64,000 nt of DNA from Candidatus Oxydemutatoraceae bacterium (GCA_965219575.1 OZ244779.1:460769-524768), one strand, 5' to 3'. Positions 1 to 10,535 are shown, counted from the first letter of the stretch. Translations and numbers: made by a program. Notes: generated from the letters alone by a model not told the origin.

Positions 1-1518
1 TATGTTCATACACCATTCCCGAACAAAGTGATTGCATTGGATCTTAGCAATGATGCAAGCATCGCTTGGGAATATGAGCCAAAGCAAGATCCGGCAACAA
101 TCCCGGTGATGTGTTGCGATACTGTAAATCGCGGTGTTGCTTATGGCGACGGTAAGATATTCTTACATCAAGCCGATACCACTCTGGTTGCATTAGACGC
201 TATGAGCGGCAAAATGATCTGGAGTGCTAAAAACGGCGATATCTCCAAAGGACAAACCGGTACTGCGGCACCTATGGTTGTCAAAGACAAAGTCTATCTT
301 GGCATCAGTGGCGGCGAATTTGGTGTTCGCGGTCACCTGACTGCATACGACATCAATACCGGCGACAGAGTCTGGCGAGGCTACTCGATGGGACCCGATT
401 CCGACACTTTGATGGGACCGTCAACGACGCACCTCGGCAAATCCGTCGGTAAAGATTCAGGCCTAACAACCTGGGAAGGAGATCAATGGAAAATTGGTGG
501 CGGCACGACCTGGGGCTGGTTCTCGTATGACCCGGAAGTAAACTTGGTCTACTACGGCACCGGTAACCCGAGCACGTGGAACCCTGTTCAGCGTCCTGGT
601 GACAACCGTTGGTCTATGACGATATTTGCACGCGATGCAGATAGCGGACAAGCCAAGTGGGTCTATCAAATGACACCGTGGGATCAATGGGATTATGACG
701 GCATCAATGAGATGATCTTGGCCGATATTCCCGTCGATGGTCAAATGCGCAAAACATTGGTGCACTTTGATCGTAACGGTTTCGGCTACACGCTGGATCG
801 TGTAACCGGTGAATTGTTGGTTGCCGAAAAGTTTGACCCTGTGGTCAACTGGGCAACGCACGTTGACATGAAAACCGGTCGCCCGCAAGTTGTGGCTAAA
901 TATGCTCCTGGTGAGCAAGGCGAAGATGTCAATACAACCGACATCTGCCCCGCTGCGCTAGGTACCAAAGACCAGCAACCGGCAGCATTTTCTCCGATGA
1001 CCGGCTTATTCTATGTACCGACTAACCATGTCTGCATGGATTATGAGCCGTTCAGAGTTAGCTATACTGCAGGTCAACCCTACGTTGGTGCTACACTCAA
1101 GATGTATCCTGCTCCGGGTGGCGATCACATGGGCAATTTCATTGCCTGGGATGCCGGTACCGGTGAGATTAAGTGGAGCAACGAAGAGAAGTTCTCCGTA
1201 TGGAGCGGTGCTTTGGCAACAGCCGGCAATGTCGTCTTCTACGGTACGCTTGAAGGTTATCTGAAAGCTGTCGACGCCATAACCGGTGAAGAACTGTATA
1301 AGTTCAAAACCCCTTCGGGAATTATCGGTAATGTAATGACCTACACCCATGATGGCAAGCAATATGTTGCCGTCCTATCCGGTGTCGGTGGTTGGGCAGG
1401 CATAGGCATGGCTGCTGGATTGACCGAAGACTCCGATGGCTTGGGTGCAGTCGGTGGCTATCGTCACCTACAAAACTATACCCGCCTAGGTGGTGTATTA
1501 ACTGTATTCTCTCTCTAA
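1..1518 (+). CDS. xoxF: Lanthanide-dependent PQQ methanol dehydrogenase XoxF (probably XoxF5 clade), 5'-truncated by window edge
   Basis: Frame open from base 1 (YVHTPFPN...). Vicinal cysteines [25 protein letters not shown], and WDYDG with the extra Asp diagnostic of Ln-binding MDH. C-terminus GLGAVGGY...LTVFSL. Followed by xoxG and xoxJ. Confidence 0.95.
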   Translation, partial: YVHTPFPNKVIALDLSNDASIAWEYEPKQDPATIPVMCCDTVNRGVAYGDGKIFLHQADTTLVALDAMSGKMIWSAKNGDISKGQTGTAAPMVVKDKVYLGISGGEFGVRGHLTAYDINTGDRVWRGYSMGPDSDTLMGPSTTHLGKSVGKDSGLTTWEGDQWKIGGGTTWGWFSYDPEVNLVYYGTGNPSTWNPVQRPGDNRWSMTIFARDADSGQAKWVYQMTPWDQWDYDGINEMILADIPVDGQMRKTLVHFDRNGFGYTLDRVTGELLVAEKFDPVVNWATHVDMKTGRPQVVAKYAPGEQGEDVNTTDICPAALGTKDQQPAAFSPMTGLFYVPTNHVCMDYEPFRVSYTAGQPYVGATLKMYPAPGGDHMGNFIAWDAGTGEIKWSNEEKFSVWSGALATAGNVVFYGTLEGYLKAVDAITGEELYKFKTPSGIIGNVMTYTHDGKQYVAVLSGVGGWAGIGMAAGLTEDSDGLGAVGGYRHLQNYTRLGGVLTVFSL

Positions 1519-1567
1519 TCAGAGCTTAGAGAAACAGTAAACTAAACAGGCTTCGAAAGCCTTTTAT

Positions 1568-1610
1568 GTCCGCCATCCGAAATTTCATACGGATGGCGGG
1601 CTTTTTTATT
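1568..1610 (+). terminator. Rho-independent terminator after xoxF
   Basis: GTCCGCCATCCG-loop-CGGATGGCGGGC followed by TTTTTTATT. Confidence 0.8.
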
Positions 1611-1627
1611 TATGTGGAGATAGAATT

Positions 1628-2125
1628 ATGATTTCTGAAAGGATAAGACAATCACTTTGGATGTTTCTAGGTGCGATGTTGATCGCTTTGATATTGATGC
1701 CGGGCTATGCATCTTCCGATCAAACAGAGTTGATGGAAGAGGAGAAACCCTATAACATCGATGATGAAGGCAGAGTGGACTGGTACACATTTAGTGGTTT
1801 CAGACGCTATCATGCCGAATGCCATGCGTGCCACGGACCTGCCGGATTAGGAAGTTCCTTTGCCCCTAATTTACTCGACTCGATGAAAAATCTGAGTTAC
1901 GAAGAATTTTGGGAAGTAGTCGTAAACGGCAGAGTCAATATTAGTGGGGGTGTGCAGAATGTTATGCCCGCTTTAGGTACAAACATAAATGTAATGTGTT
2001 TTTTGGATGATATTTATGCATACCTTTACGCAAGAGCCGATCAGGCGATAGGGACGGAACGCCCCGATAAACAAGCTAAACCCAAGGAAGCTACAGAAAG
2101 AGATAACGCCTGCCTCGGTTCATAA
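1628..2125 (+). CDS. xoxG: c-type cytochrome, methanol-metabolism related (XoxG-like)
   Basis: Signal peptide, CHACH heme motif, VDWYTFSGFRRYH and DDIYAYL signature segments; directly after xoxF. Confidence 0.85.
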   Translation: MISERIRQSLWMFLGAMLIALILMPGYASSDQTELMEEEKPYNIDDEGRVDWYTFSGFRRYHAECHACHGPAGLGSSFAPNLLDSMKNLSYEEFWEVVVNGRVNISGGVQNVMPALGTNINVMCFLDDIYAYLYARADQAIGTERPDKQAKPKEATERDNACLGS

Positions 2126-2167
2126 CCTAAACTTGCGTAATCCGATTGCTCTATCGCTTCCGATAAA

Positions 2168-3001
2168 ATGCATGATATATTTATAAAGATTATGAAACTT
2201 TATCTAGCTATTGCCCTCGCTCTATCGCTTGTATATACTTCTCAAGTATCCGCCGAGGGTATAACCGAAATAAAATCACGAACATCGTTGCGCGTATGCG
2301 GCGACCCGAGTAACTTACCGTTTTCAAACAGATTACAGCAAGGATTTGAAAATAAAATAGCCAAACTTCTTGCCGATAGTTTGGAATTACCCGTAAATTA
2401 TTTTTGGTTTCCGCAAAGTATGGGATTTGTTCGTACTACCTTACGCTCACGAAGATGCGATGTAATCATCGGTTTTTCGGCAGCCCACGAGTTGGTCTTG
2501 AATACCAACCCATACTATACATCGTCTTTTGTAATCGTTTATCCGTCGGAAGCCGACTATGAGGTGACTTCGTTGACCGATAAAATTATACGAGAGCGAA
2601 ATCTACGCATAGGTTTGATTGCCGGAACACCACCGAGCGGATTATTGTTGGAGCAAGGTCTGATGGAGCAGGTGGCTTCGTATCATTTGTGGGTTGATAC
2701 GCGAGCGGACTCACCCGGCGAACAAATTATCAAGGACATGATGGACGGTAAATTAGATATTGCGGTTTTGTGGGGTCCGGTTGCCGGATACTTGAATAAG
2801 CAGCATGGTTCGCCTTTTGAAATCGTGTCCTTGGCCGAAGCCGACTCCGAAGCATACCCGATGGTTTTTTCTATCACGATGGGTATTAGGCGCGGAGAAG
2901 CCGAATGGAAAAAAACCCTGAATACATTCATACGCAGGAATAAAGAAGACATAGATGCTATTTTAACCGAATACGGGGTGCCAATAGTATCGGCAAGATA
3001 A
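2168..3001 (+). CDS. xoxJ: MxaJ/XoxJ-like periplasmic substrate-binding protein
   Basis: LRVCGDPSNLPFSN..GFENKIA, CDVIIG, LWGPVAGY motifs; synteny xoxF-G-J. Confidence 0.88.
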   Translation: MHDIFIKIMKLYLAIALALSLVYTSQVSAEGITEIKSRTSLRVCGDPSNLPFSNRLQQGFENKIAKLLADSLELPVNYFWFPQSMGFVRTTLRSRRCDVIIGFSAAHELVLNTNPYYTSSFVIVYPSEADYEVTSLTDKIIRERNLRIGLIAGTPPSGLLLEQGLMEQVASYHLWVDTRADSPGEQIIKDMMDGKLDIAVLWGPVAGYLNKQHGSPFEIVSLAEADSEAYPMVFSITMGIRRGEAEWKKTLNTFIRRNKEDIDAILTEYGVPIVSAR

Positions 3002-3591
3002 TGCGAATGCATTCTCTTACACCGCTTACACCTATGCTAATCGCTGTAGCCGTTGTAATGCCGGTGGATGCCAGTGGCTTTATTCCCGAGCCGCAAGGCT
3101 ATCGTATGGGTGACTATAGAACACCTACCCCTGACACTTTGGCTGGGGCAACCGTGGTGGATTCCATCGAACTCTATGCTTTGATGCAAGAGAATAAGCA
3201 AACCGTATTGATAGATGTGTTGCCGCTTGAGCGCAAACCACCCGATTTCCCCCCCGACCGTTTATGGCGCACACCGCCACGCTACAATTTACCCGGTAGC
3301 GTTTGGTTACCCAATGTCGGAGACGGACCTATTTCGCCGTTGTTTAAGGAATACTTAATAGAAAATCTGGAAAAAATAGTGGCAGAAAAGGATAATCCAC
3401 CATTGGTTTTTTATTGTCTTAGGGATTGCTGGATGTCGTGGAATGCGGCAAAACGTGCACTCGAATTGGGTTATCATAACGTTTATTGGTTTCCCGGCGG
3501 TAGCGACGAGTGGGAAATCTTGGGTTATGAATTGGAACTCGGTACAGCGGTACCGATGCCCGGATTTATTAATGAACAAAAGGAAGATTAA
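3001..3591 (+). CDS. PQQ-catabolism-associated CXXCW rhodanese-domain protein
   Basis: YCLRDCWMSWNAAKRA and PEPQGYRMGDYR.PTP motifs typical of this family. Confidence 0.85.
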   Translation: MRMHSLTPLTPMLIAVAVVMPVDASGFIPEPQGYRMGDYRTPTPDTLAGATVVDSIELYALMQENKQTVLIDVLPLERKPPDFPPDRLWRTPPRYNLPGSVWLPNVGDGPISPLFKEYLIENLEKIVAEKDNPPLVFYCLRDCWMSWNAAKRALELGYHNVYWFPGGSDEWEILGYELELGTAVPMPGFINEQKED

Positions 3592-3592
3592 C

Positions 3593-4330
3593 ATGAAATA
3601 TTTACTTAATATGCGCATATTTGTATATGCGATTTTATTGTTTTGCATAACACTTGCGTTTGCCGACACGCATACGAGTGAGGAGCAAAAAGCACAAGCC
3701 GACGGCGGCTATTCTCAAGCACAAGAGTTATTATTTTCTACTCCGCACTTGGATAATATAAAAAACGAAGCCGCTCTATATTATGATTTTAATCAGCACG
3801 GAGCGAATACGATTAGTTTTAATGACGAGATTATTCTGACTATTACCGGTATTTCGGAGCGCGGGGGCAAAAATGTGGAAGTTTCATTCCTGAGCGGCGA
3901 GAATAACAGACCCTACTCCGATATCAAGGATTTTAATTCTAACCCGTTGCTGATGTTTTTTCTGCAATGGGACGTAGAAAAAATGGACAGCGGTAGCGTA
4001 GTAACACATCATTATTTTCGCCACTTACTGCGTCAGGCATTTCTGACCAATGCCGATAGCGAGGAAATTAAAATTGATTTTCAAGGTCGTAGCGAAACAG
4101 CATACAAAGTGTTTTTTCAACCTCTGGTTGAACAACAAGATGATGATAACTACAAGGACTATCCTCAAAAGTATTATGAATTCGTTATTAGCGATGCGGT
4201 GCCGGGCGGAGTATATAGTATCAGCACGCTGATACCCTCCCAAGCCGGTGACGGAGAAGATGACGCGTCCGTAGAGCCGATCGAATCTACGTCCATACGA
4301 TTTAACCGTATGGACATGATCAAGCAGTAA
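3593..4330 (+). CDS. Exported hypothetical protein (PQQ-cluster associated)
   Basis: ATG at 3593 immediately after the upstream stop gives a signal peptide (MKYLLN...LAFA); NPLLMFFLQWDV segment. Confidence 0.65.
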   Translation: MKYLLNMRIFVYAILLFCITLAFADTHTSEEQKAQADGGYSQAQELLFSTPHLDNIKNEAALYYDFNQHGANTISFNDEIILTITGISERGGKNVEVSFLSGENNRPYSDIKDFNSNPLLMFFLQWDVEKMDSGSVVTHHYFRHLLRQAFLTNADSEEIKIDFQGRSETAYKVFFQPLVEQQDDDNYKDYPQKYYEFVISDAVPGGVYSISTLIPSQAGDGEDDASVEPIESTSIRFNRMDMIKQ

Positions 4331-4359
4331 TATATTCACAGAGCAAAGAGGGAGTAAAA

Positions 4360-4728
4360 ATGAAGTTAGGACAAATTATCAAAGGTCATAGGAAAAAAGC
4401 ATTGTTGGTGTTTTTTTTGATGTTCGGTTTTTTAGCGACCGAGCAAGCCGTTGCAAATGATTTTCCAACCAGTGCGCGTGCAGAATATGTATTTGCCTGC
4501 ATGAGTACGAATGGTCAGTCACGAGAGATACTCGATAAATGCTCGTGTAGCGTAGATACGCTTGCCGAGTTAATGACTTATGACGAGTATGTGGATGCCG
4601 AGACTACGGTTAGAATGAGACAAATGTCGGGAGATCGCACGGCAATATTTCGTGATGTGGAGTGGGTCAGCAAAGCACTCGAGAAATTACGTACGGCTCA
4701 AGCCGAAGCCGAAATTCGCTGTTTTTGA
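4360..4728 (+). CDS. Small exported cysteine-containing hypothetical protein
   Basis: RBS GGAG, signal peptide, NDFPTSARAEYVFACM...KCSCSVD...IRCF, a pattern I recall from PQQ-dehydrogenase neighbourhoods. Confidence 0.7.
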   Translation: MKLGQIIKGHRKKALLVFFLMFGFLATEQAVANDFPTSARAEYVFACMSTNGQSREILDKCSCSVDTLAELMTYDEYVDAETTVRMRQMSGDRTAIFRDVEWVSKALEKLRTAQAEAEIRCF

Positions 4729-4943
4729 AAACAAAAATTTATCTGTTAAAGTGCTGATATACAGGGCATTTTATCGCTCCTATAGATATATTTATTATCG
4801 CTGTAATATAGATTATTAATGACATATTCTATTGTGAGATTAGGAATATCATGCTACTATACTCAAACGATTCACTAATAACCATTTCATTAAATGGATA
4901 CTTGTGAGAAAGTGATTAACGTTTATATAAATGGAGGTAAAAA

Positions 4944-5024
4944 ATGAAACACTGGAAACAACCTTCTATTAGAGAAACCTCAGTTGGCATGGAAATTAAC
5001 TGCTATGCCTGCGCCGAGCTCTAA
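4944..5024 (+). CDS. pqqA: PQQ precursor peptide PqqA (26 aa; missing from ORF track)
   Basis: GGAGG RBS, then MKHWKQPSIRETSVGMEINCYACAEL* with the E-x-x-x-Y motif, directly upstream of pqqB. Confidence 0.93.
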   Translation: MKHWKQPSIRETSVGMEINCYACAEL

Positions 5025-5071
5025 ATAGAAAATTCACTTATCTACCGACTGCTGTCGAAGACTAATTGACA

Positions 5072-6001
5072 ATGCGAATTGTTGTATTAGGATCGGCAGC
5101 AGGAGGTGGATTTCCCCAGTGGAACTGCAACACGGAGTATTGTAAATTAGCAAGAAACGGCAGTCCCACTTCAATTCCCAGAAGTCAATCCTCGATAGCG
5201 GTTTCGTCCGATGACCGCAAGTTCTTACTTCTAAATTGCTCTCCCGATTTACGTTATCAAGTTAACCAAAACAAAGCACTCCATCCGTGCAACGGCCTCA
5301 GAGGTAGCCCGATCGATGCGGTCATTTTAACGAACGGCGATGTCGATCATGTTGCCGGACTACTCACGATGCGCGAAAGTGAACCTTTTCGTATTTATGC
5401 ATCCGACAGAGTACAAAGCATACTGGCATCGAACAGTATATTTAATGTGCTCAATCCCGATTATGTCAAACGCAATACCTTTGAATTGTCCGATGCCTTC
5501 GAGGTTAAGGATGCACAGGGTGAGTCTTTAGGTCTCGAGGTTGAAGCGTTTGCCGTTCCCGGCAAAGTCGCATTGTTTTTGGAAGATCAAAATCAAGGCG
5601 ATAACTTCGGCACCCGAGAAGGCGATACGGTGGGCTTGCATATACGCGACTTGCAAAGCAACGCTTCGTTCTACTATATTCCGGGTTGCGCTCGAGTGCC
5701 CGATTGGCTCAAACAAAGGTTGAACGGTGCCGAACTTTTATTTTTTGACGGCACTTTATTTAGAAACGACGAAATGGTTAAAATGGGAGTCGGACAAAAA
5801 ACCGGTGAACGGATGGGGCACATCAACATGGACGGCGAAGACGGTTCGCTCAAAGCCTTTGACGATATTGATATAGGTCGGAAAATTTATATTCACATCA
5901 ACAATACCAATCCCGTGCTACTTCAAAACTCATCCGAAAGAAAAGTTGTAGAGGCGGCGGGTTGGACGGTATCGCACGACGGAATGGAGATTTTATTATG
6001 A
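5072..6001 (+). CDS. pqqB: PQQ biosynthesis protein PqqB
   Basis: VLGSAAGGGFPQWNCN, DVDHVAGL, IHINNTNP motifs. Confidence 0.95.
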   Translation: MRIVVLGSAAGGGFPQWNCNTEYCKLARNGSPTSIPRSQSSIAVSSDDRKFLLLNCSPDLRYQVNQNKALHPCNGLRGSPIDAVILTNGDVDHVAGLLTMRESEPFRIYASDRVQSILASNSIFNVLNPDYVKRNTFELSDAFEVKDAQGESLGLEVEAFAVPGKVALFLEDQNQGDNFGTREGDTVGLHIRDLQSNASFYYIPGCARVPDWLKQRLNGAELLFFDGTLFRNDEMVKMGVGQKTGERMGHINMDGEDGSLKAFDDIDIGRKIYIHINNTNPVLLQNSSERKVVEAAGWTVSHDGMEILL

Positions 6002-6750
6002 GAATCACTCTGAAAGAAATACTGATGCCGGAACAGCTCAAGCAGCATCTGCACGAGATAGGCGAGCGTTATTACCACGACAAGCATCCTTTTCATCGTT
6101 TGTTGCATACCGGAAAACTCAGTCGCGGACAAGTCCAGGCATGGGCACTAAATCGCTATTGTTATCAAGCGATCATTCCTATCAAAGATACCTACTTGAT
6201 GGCGAGAATGCCTTGTAATGTTATGCGCCGCGAGTGGCGGCAAAGAATAGAAGACCACGACGGCAGCGAAACAAGCGGGGGCGGAATAGAACGTTGGCTC
6301 AAACTGACCGACGGTTTGGATTTAACACGCGATTATGTCATATCACAAGACGGTGCTTTGCCGGCATCAAGATTTTCTGCCGATGCCTATGTACGCTTTG
6401 TATCGGAACGGCCACTACTCGAAGCGATTGCATCGTCGTTGACCGAGATTTTTTCACCGATGATTATTTCCGAGAGAGTTTCCGGCATGTTGAAAAATTA
6501 CGATTTTATAACCGAAGAGACTCTGGCCTATTTCAAACCGAGGCTGACCCAAGCGCGGCGCGATGTCGATTTTGCGCTCCAGTATGTGCTAGACCACGCC
6601 CGCACAATCGGCGAGCAAGAGGGCGTATTGAATGCATTGCGCTTCAAATGTGATATTTTGTGGAGCCAGCTGGACGCGTTGTATTTTTCTTATGTAGAGC
6701 CGTGTCTGGTGCCACCGGACTGTTTCGTACCGAATGACAATGCCCGATAA
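5998..6750 (+). CDS. pqqC: PQQ synthase PqqC
   Basis: RYYHDKHPFH, WALNRYCYQ, FKCDILWSQLDAL; ATGA overlap with pqqB stop. Confidence 0.95.
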   Translation: MRITLKEILMPEQLKQHLHEIGERYYHDKHPFHRLLHTGKLSRGQVQAWALNRYCYQAIIPIKDTYLMARMPCNVMRREWRQRIEDHDGSETSGGGIERWLKLTDGLDLTRDYVISQDGALPASRFSADAYVRFVSERPLLEAIASSLTEIFSPMIISERVSGMLKNYDFITEETLAYFKPRLTQARRDVDFALQYVLDHARTIGEQEGVLNALRFKCDILWSQLDALYFSYVEPCLVPPDCFVPNDNAR

Positions 6751-7045
6751 GCAAACATCCCCCGACCGCGCAATGGTATCGGCCAAATCGATACCGATAT
6801 TGCCGACACATATCAGGCTACACCATGACAAGGTGCGCGACGCTTGGGTATTATTGGCACCGGAGCGCTTATTGACACCGGACGAGATTGCGCTGGCAAT
6901 CTTGCGATTGTGCGACGGGAAAACTACGGTTGCAACTATTTCCGAAAAATTGGCAAAAGAGTACAATGCACCTTGCGAAGAGATTCAGAAGGATGTGAAA
7001 ATGATGCTACAAGATTTAGTAGACAAGGACTTTATGACGATATGA
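6734..7045 (+). CDS. pqqD: PqqA-binding chaperone PqqD
   Basis: WVLLAPER...ILRLCDG; located between pqqC and pqqE. Confidence 0.92.
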   Translation: MTMPDKQTSPDRAMVSAKSIPILPTHIRLHHDKVRDAWVLLAPERLLTPDEIALAILRLCDGKTTVATISEKLAKEYNAPCEEIQKDVKMMLQDLVDKDFMTI

Positions 7046-8160
7046 GTGCCAAAGATCAAAGTATCGGGATGCCGGTTTCTATATTGTGCGAGCTGACGCA
7101 CCGTTGCCCGTTGCAATGCCCCTATTGCTCTAATCCCGAGCAGCTGGAGCGCGCGGCCGGTGAATTGAATACCGAACAATGGTGCGATGTGCTGGAGCAA
7201 GCGGTCGGTATGGGAATTTTGCAAGTCCATTTCTCCGGCGGAGAGCCTGCGGTTCGCAAAGACCTCGAAGATTTGGTGAAAGCAGCCGAAGAACTCGGGT
7301 TGTATAGTAATCTGATCACTTCCGCAGCGTCGCTCGACGAACAACGCATGGAAACCCTCACTCGCCACGGGCTGAAGCATGTACAAATCAGCATACAAGA
7401 TAGCAAAGAAGACACCGCCAATCACATCAGCGGTAATAAACATAGCTTTAAGCAGAAAGTCAGGATTGCCAAAGCGGTGAAAGACAATAACTTGTCGTTA
7501 ACCGTCAATGCGCCGATACATAAAATGAATATAGAGAATCTTCCTGCCATTATCGATTTCGCAGTCAATTTGGGAGCTTCTCGGCTCGAAGTGGCACATG
7601 TGCAATACTACGGCTGGGCGTATCATAACCGTGCGGCACTGATGCCGTTGCGGAAACAGCTGGAAGTGGCAACCGAGGTTGTAGAAAATGCAATAGAACA
7701 ACTCAAGGGTATTTTAACCATCGATTATGTGGTTCCCGATTACTATGCTAAACGACCCAAGGCGTGTATGGGCGGGTGGGCTAGACAATTTCTGAATATC
7801 ACCCCGTCGGGCAAAGTGATGCCGTGCCATGCCGCCGAGAGTATCACCTCGCTAAACTTCGATAATGTCAAAGAACGTAGCCTTGTGGATATTTGGGAAA
7901 GTTCCGAAGCCTTCGAAAGATTTCGCGGCACCGATTGGATGCCCGACAAATGCCGTAGTTGCCCGCGGCATACGATAGATTGGGCAGGTTGTCGTTGTCA
8001 AGCATTCGCAATCACCGGCGATGCCGCCAATATGGACCCGGCTTGTGAATTCTCCGAACATCACGAGCAACTGGTAGAAATTGCCAATTTAGAATCGCAT
8101 CGCACCAAAGTACCTTTTGACTATAGACGCATAGGGGGAATACCGGTCAAAACCGCTTGA
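7042..8160 (+). CDS. pqqE: Radical SAM enzyme PqqE
   Basis: ELTHRCPLQCPYCSNP radical-SAM motif and SPASM cysteines (CMGGW, CRSC, GCRCQA); ATGA overlap with pqqD stop. Confidence 0.95.
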   Translation: MSAKDQSIGMPVSILCELTHRCPLQCPYCSNPEQLERAAGELNTEQWCDVLEQAVGMGILQVHFSGGEPAVRKDLEDLVKAAEELGLYSNLITSAASLDEQRMETLTRHGLKHVQISIQDSKEDTANHISGNKHSFKQKVRIAKAVKDNNLSLTVNAPIHKMNIENLPAIIDFAVNLGASRLEVAHVQYYGWAYHNRAALMPLRKQLEVATEVVENAIEQLKGILTIDYVVPDYYAKRPKACMGGWARQFLNITPSGKVMPCHAAESITSLNFDNVKERSLVDIWESSEAFERFRGTDWMPDKCRSCPRHTIDWAGCRCQAFAITGDAANMDPACEFSEHHEQLVEIANLESHRTKVPFDYRRIGGIPVKTA

Positions 8161-8209
8161 CTCTCGGTGTATTAAGCACCGATTGAAAGTATAAATCCTT
8201 GTAAACGAG

Positions 8210-9166
8210 ATGCCCGATATTGAACCTCGCTGTAGTTATCGGATAGAAACCGGTACCGTTCATAAACTTATGGTAAAAGAATACGGTTCCGAGGACGGTT
8301 ATCCGGTTGTTTTTCTACACGGCGGCCCCGGTAGCGGTTGTCGCAGTAGCCTGTGCGACTTGTTCGATCTGGAGAAATTTCGCATCGTTGCTCCCGACCA
8401 GCGCGGTGCCGGTGACAGCACACCCAAAGGCTGTCTAGAACACAACGAGACCCGATATCTCATTGAAGATATCGAACGAATACGCAATAGCTTGTCGATA
8501 GAAAAATGGATGGTAGTCGGTGGGTCGTGGGGTGCTTTGCTGGCGATAGCCTATGCCGAACATCACCCTTCCGCCGTCGCCGGACTTGTTTTGCGCTCTC
8601 TGTTTTTGGGCGGCGACGATGAAATACAGCGAGCTTTTATAGACTTGCCTAAGATTTTTTATCCCGAACTGTACGAAATTTTTATCGGCTTATTGCCCGA
8701 AGATGAAAGGCAAGCACCTCTGCAAGCGTATTACAAACGCATCCTCGACGACGACCCGTCGGTCTCTCATCCGGCGATCTTCGTTTGGCACGATTACGAA
8801 CGGGCTTTGTCGGTATTGCAACCTCCGTTTCCTACCGAGCAAATTTTACCTTCCAAGCTATCGCTGGATGCCGTCGGCAAACGGGATCAAATGCCCGCTA
8901 CACCTCGCATGGAAGCACATTACTTTTCCAATCATTGTTTTCTATCATCGGGGCAATTGCTTAAAAAAGCCGATTGTTTGCATAACATCCCCGGCATCGT
9001 CGTCCAAGCACGCTACGACCTACTGTGTCCACCGCAAAGCGCGTATTCTTTAACGCGTCGTTGGCCGTACAGCCGAGTTGTCACCGTAGAAAAAGCCGGG
9101 CACAGCCAGTCGGAGGAAGGCGTAACCGAAGCCACGCGTAAAGTCGTTACGGCACTGGTGCCGTAG
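8210..9166 (+). CDS. pip: Prolyl aminopeptidase (peptidase S33, alpha/beta hydrolase)
   Basis: HGGPGSG, DQRGAG, nucleophile motif GGSWG, RYDLLCP, AGHS. Confidence 0.82.
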   Translation: MPDIEPRCSYRIETGTVHKLMVKEYGSEDGYPVVFLHGGPGSGCRSSLCDLFDLEKFRIVAPDQRGAGDSTPKGCLEHNETRYLIEDIERIRNSLSIEKWMVVGGSWGALLAIAYAEHHPSAVAGLVLRSLFLGGDDEIQRAFIDLPKIFYPELYEIFIGLLPEDERQAPLQAYYKRILDDDPSVSHPAIFVWHDYERALSVLQPPFPTEQILPSKLSLDAVGKRDQMPATPRMEAHYFSNHCFLSSGQLLKKADCLHNIPGIVVQARYDLLCPPQSAYSLTRRWPYSRVVTVEKAGHSQSEEGVTEATRKVVTALVP

Positions 9167-9169
9167 CCG

Positions 9170-10385
9170 ATTGCGCCGTGAATATTTGCAAACCACCTGT
9201 AGGGGCAGGATAAAGCCGCCGATTGAGCCAGTAGGTCAATCGGCAATATAAAGCCGCCGATTGAGCCAGTAGGTCAATCGGCAATTATAATGTCTGCCCT
9301 TAAGTACCGTTCTGCACGACACCAACCGCTTGTACCGTATGGTTTTGGTTCTCATAAATTGGATGAATGAATGTATAAACATAGTACAGATACGACGGGA
9401 CTGTTGAAAAAGTGCGGATATCGCACAAACTCAACCGCTGTGCGCCGTGAATATTTACTAACCACCCGTAGGGGCGGACTGGCATGTCCGCCCTAAAGTA
9501 CCGTTCTGCACAGCCGTAATCGCTTGTACCGTATGGTTTTGGTTCTCATAAATTGGATGAATGAATGTATAAACATAGTACAGATACGACGGGACTGTTG
9601 AAAAAGTGCGGATATCGCACAAACTCAACCGCTGTGCGCCGTGAATATTTACTAACCACCCGTAGGGGCGGACTGGCATGTCCGCCCTAAAGTACCGTTC
9701 TGCACAGCCGTAATCGCTTGCGCCATTTGGTTTTGGTTTCCATAAATTGGATGAATGAATGCATAAGTCATGCAGATACGACGGGACTGTTGAAAAAGTG
9801 CGGATATCGCACAAACTCAACCGCTGTGCGCCGTGAATATTTACTAACCACCCGTAGGGGCGGACTGGCATGTCCGCCCTAAAGTGCCGTTCTGCACAGC
9901 CGTAATCGCTTGCGCCATTTGGTTTTGGTTTCCATAAATTGGATGAATGAATGCATAAACATAGTACAGATACGATGGGGCTGTTGAAAAAGTGCGGATA
10001 TCGCACAAACTCAACCGCTGTGCGCCGTGAATATTTACTAACCACCCGTAGGGGCGGACTGGCATGTCCGCCCTAAAGTGCCGTTCTGCACAGCCGTAAT
10101 CGCTTGCGCCATTTGGTTTTGGTTCTCATAAATTGGATGAATGAATGCATAAGTCATGCAGATACGACGGGACTGTTGAAAAAGTGCGGATATCGCACAA
10201 ACTCAACCGCTGTGCGCCGTGAATATTTACTAACCACCCGTAGGGGCGGACTGGCATGTCCGCCCTAAAGTGCCGTTCTGCACAGCCGTAATCGCTTGCG
10301 CCATTTGGTTTTGGTTCTCATAAATTGGATGAATGAATGCATAAGTCATGCAGATACGACGGGACTGTTGAAAAAGTATCGCCAG
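9170..10385. repeat. Tandem array (~5.5 units of 192/194 bp) of mosaic REP/MITE units
   Basis: Marker CTAACCACC recurs at 9458, 9652, 9844, 10038, 10230. Each unit has GTAGGGGCGGAC-TGGCAT-GTCCGCCCTA and GGGACTGTTGAAAAAGT. Preceded by two GCCGATTGA..TCAATCGGC palindromes. Confidence 0.95.
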
Positions 10386-10535
10386 CGCAATCCAACTACT
10401 TTGCACTTATGAGAACAAGCCCTAGCTTGTTCGACCTACATACTAATGCTAAGTTTTTGCACAACATCACGCCGTTTGTGCTACTGCAACAAACGGCGGT
10501 GCTGTTTTTCAACAGCCCCCGGTATCTGCACAAAG

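Noticed and set aside
6844-7041. N-terminal extension of pqqE in the ORF track (similarly 3443, 5962, 14388, 15530, 33809)
   Set aside because: Overlaps with neighbouring genes, RBS position or family N-termini favour the downstream starts.
9300-10065. ORFs within the repeat blocks (also at 12.5, 16.1-16.9, 23.5-23.9, 25.5-26.0 and 52.0 kb)
   Set aside because: They are translations of palindromic repeats, appear in several frames and on both strands, and lack RBS or protein motifs.
9170-10385. Possible CRISPR array
   Set aside because: Whole 192-194-bp units repeat with no unique spacers, and no cas genes are in the window.
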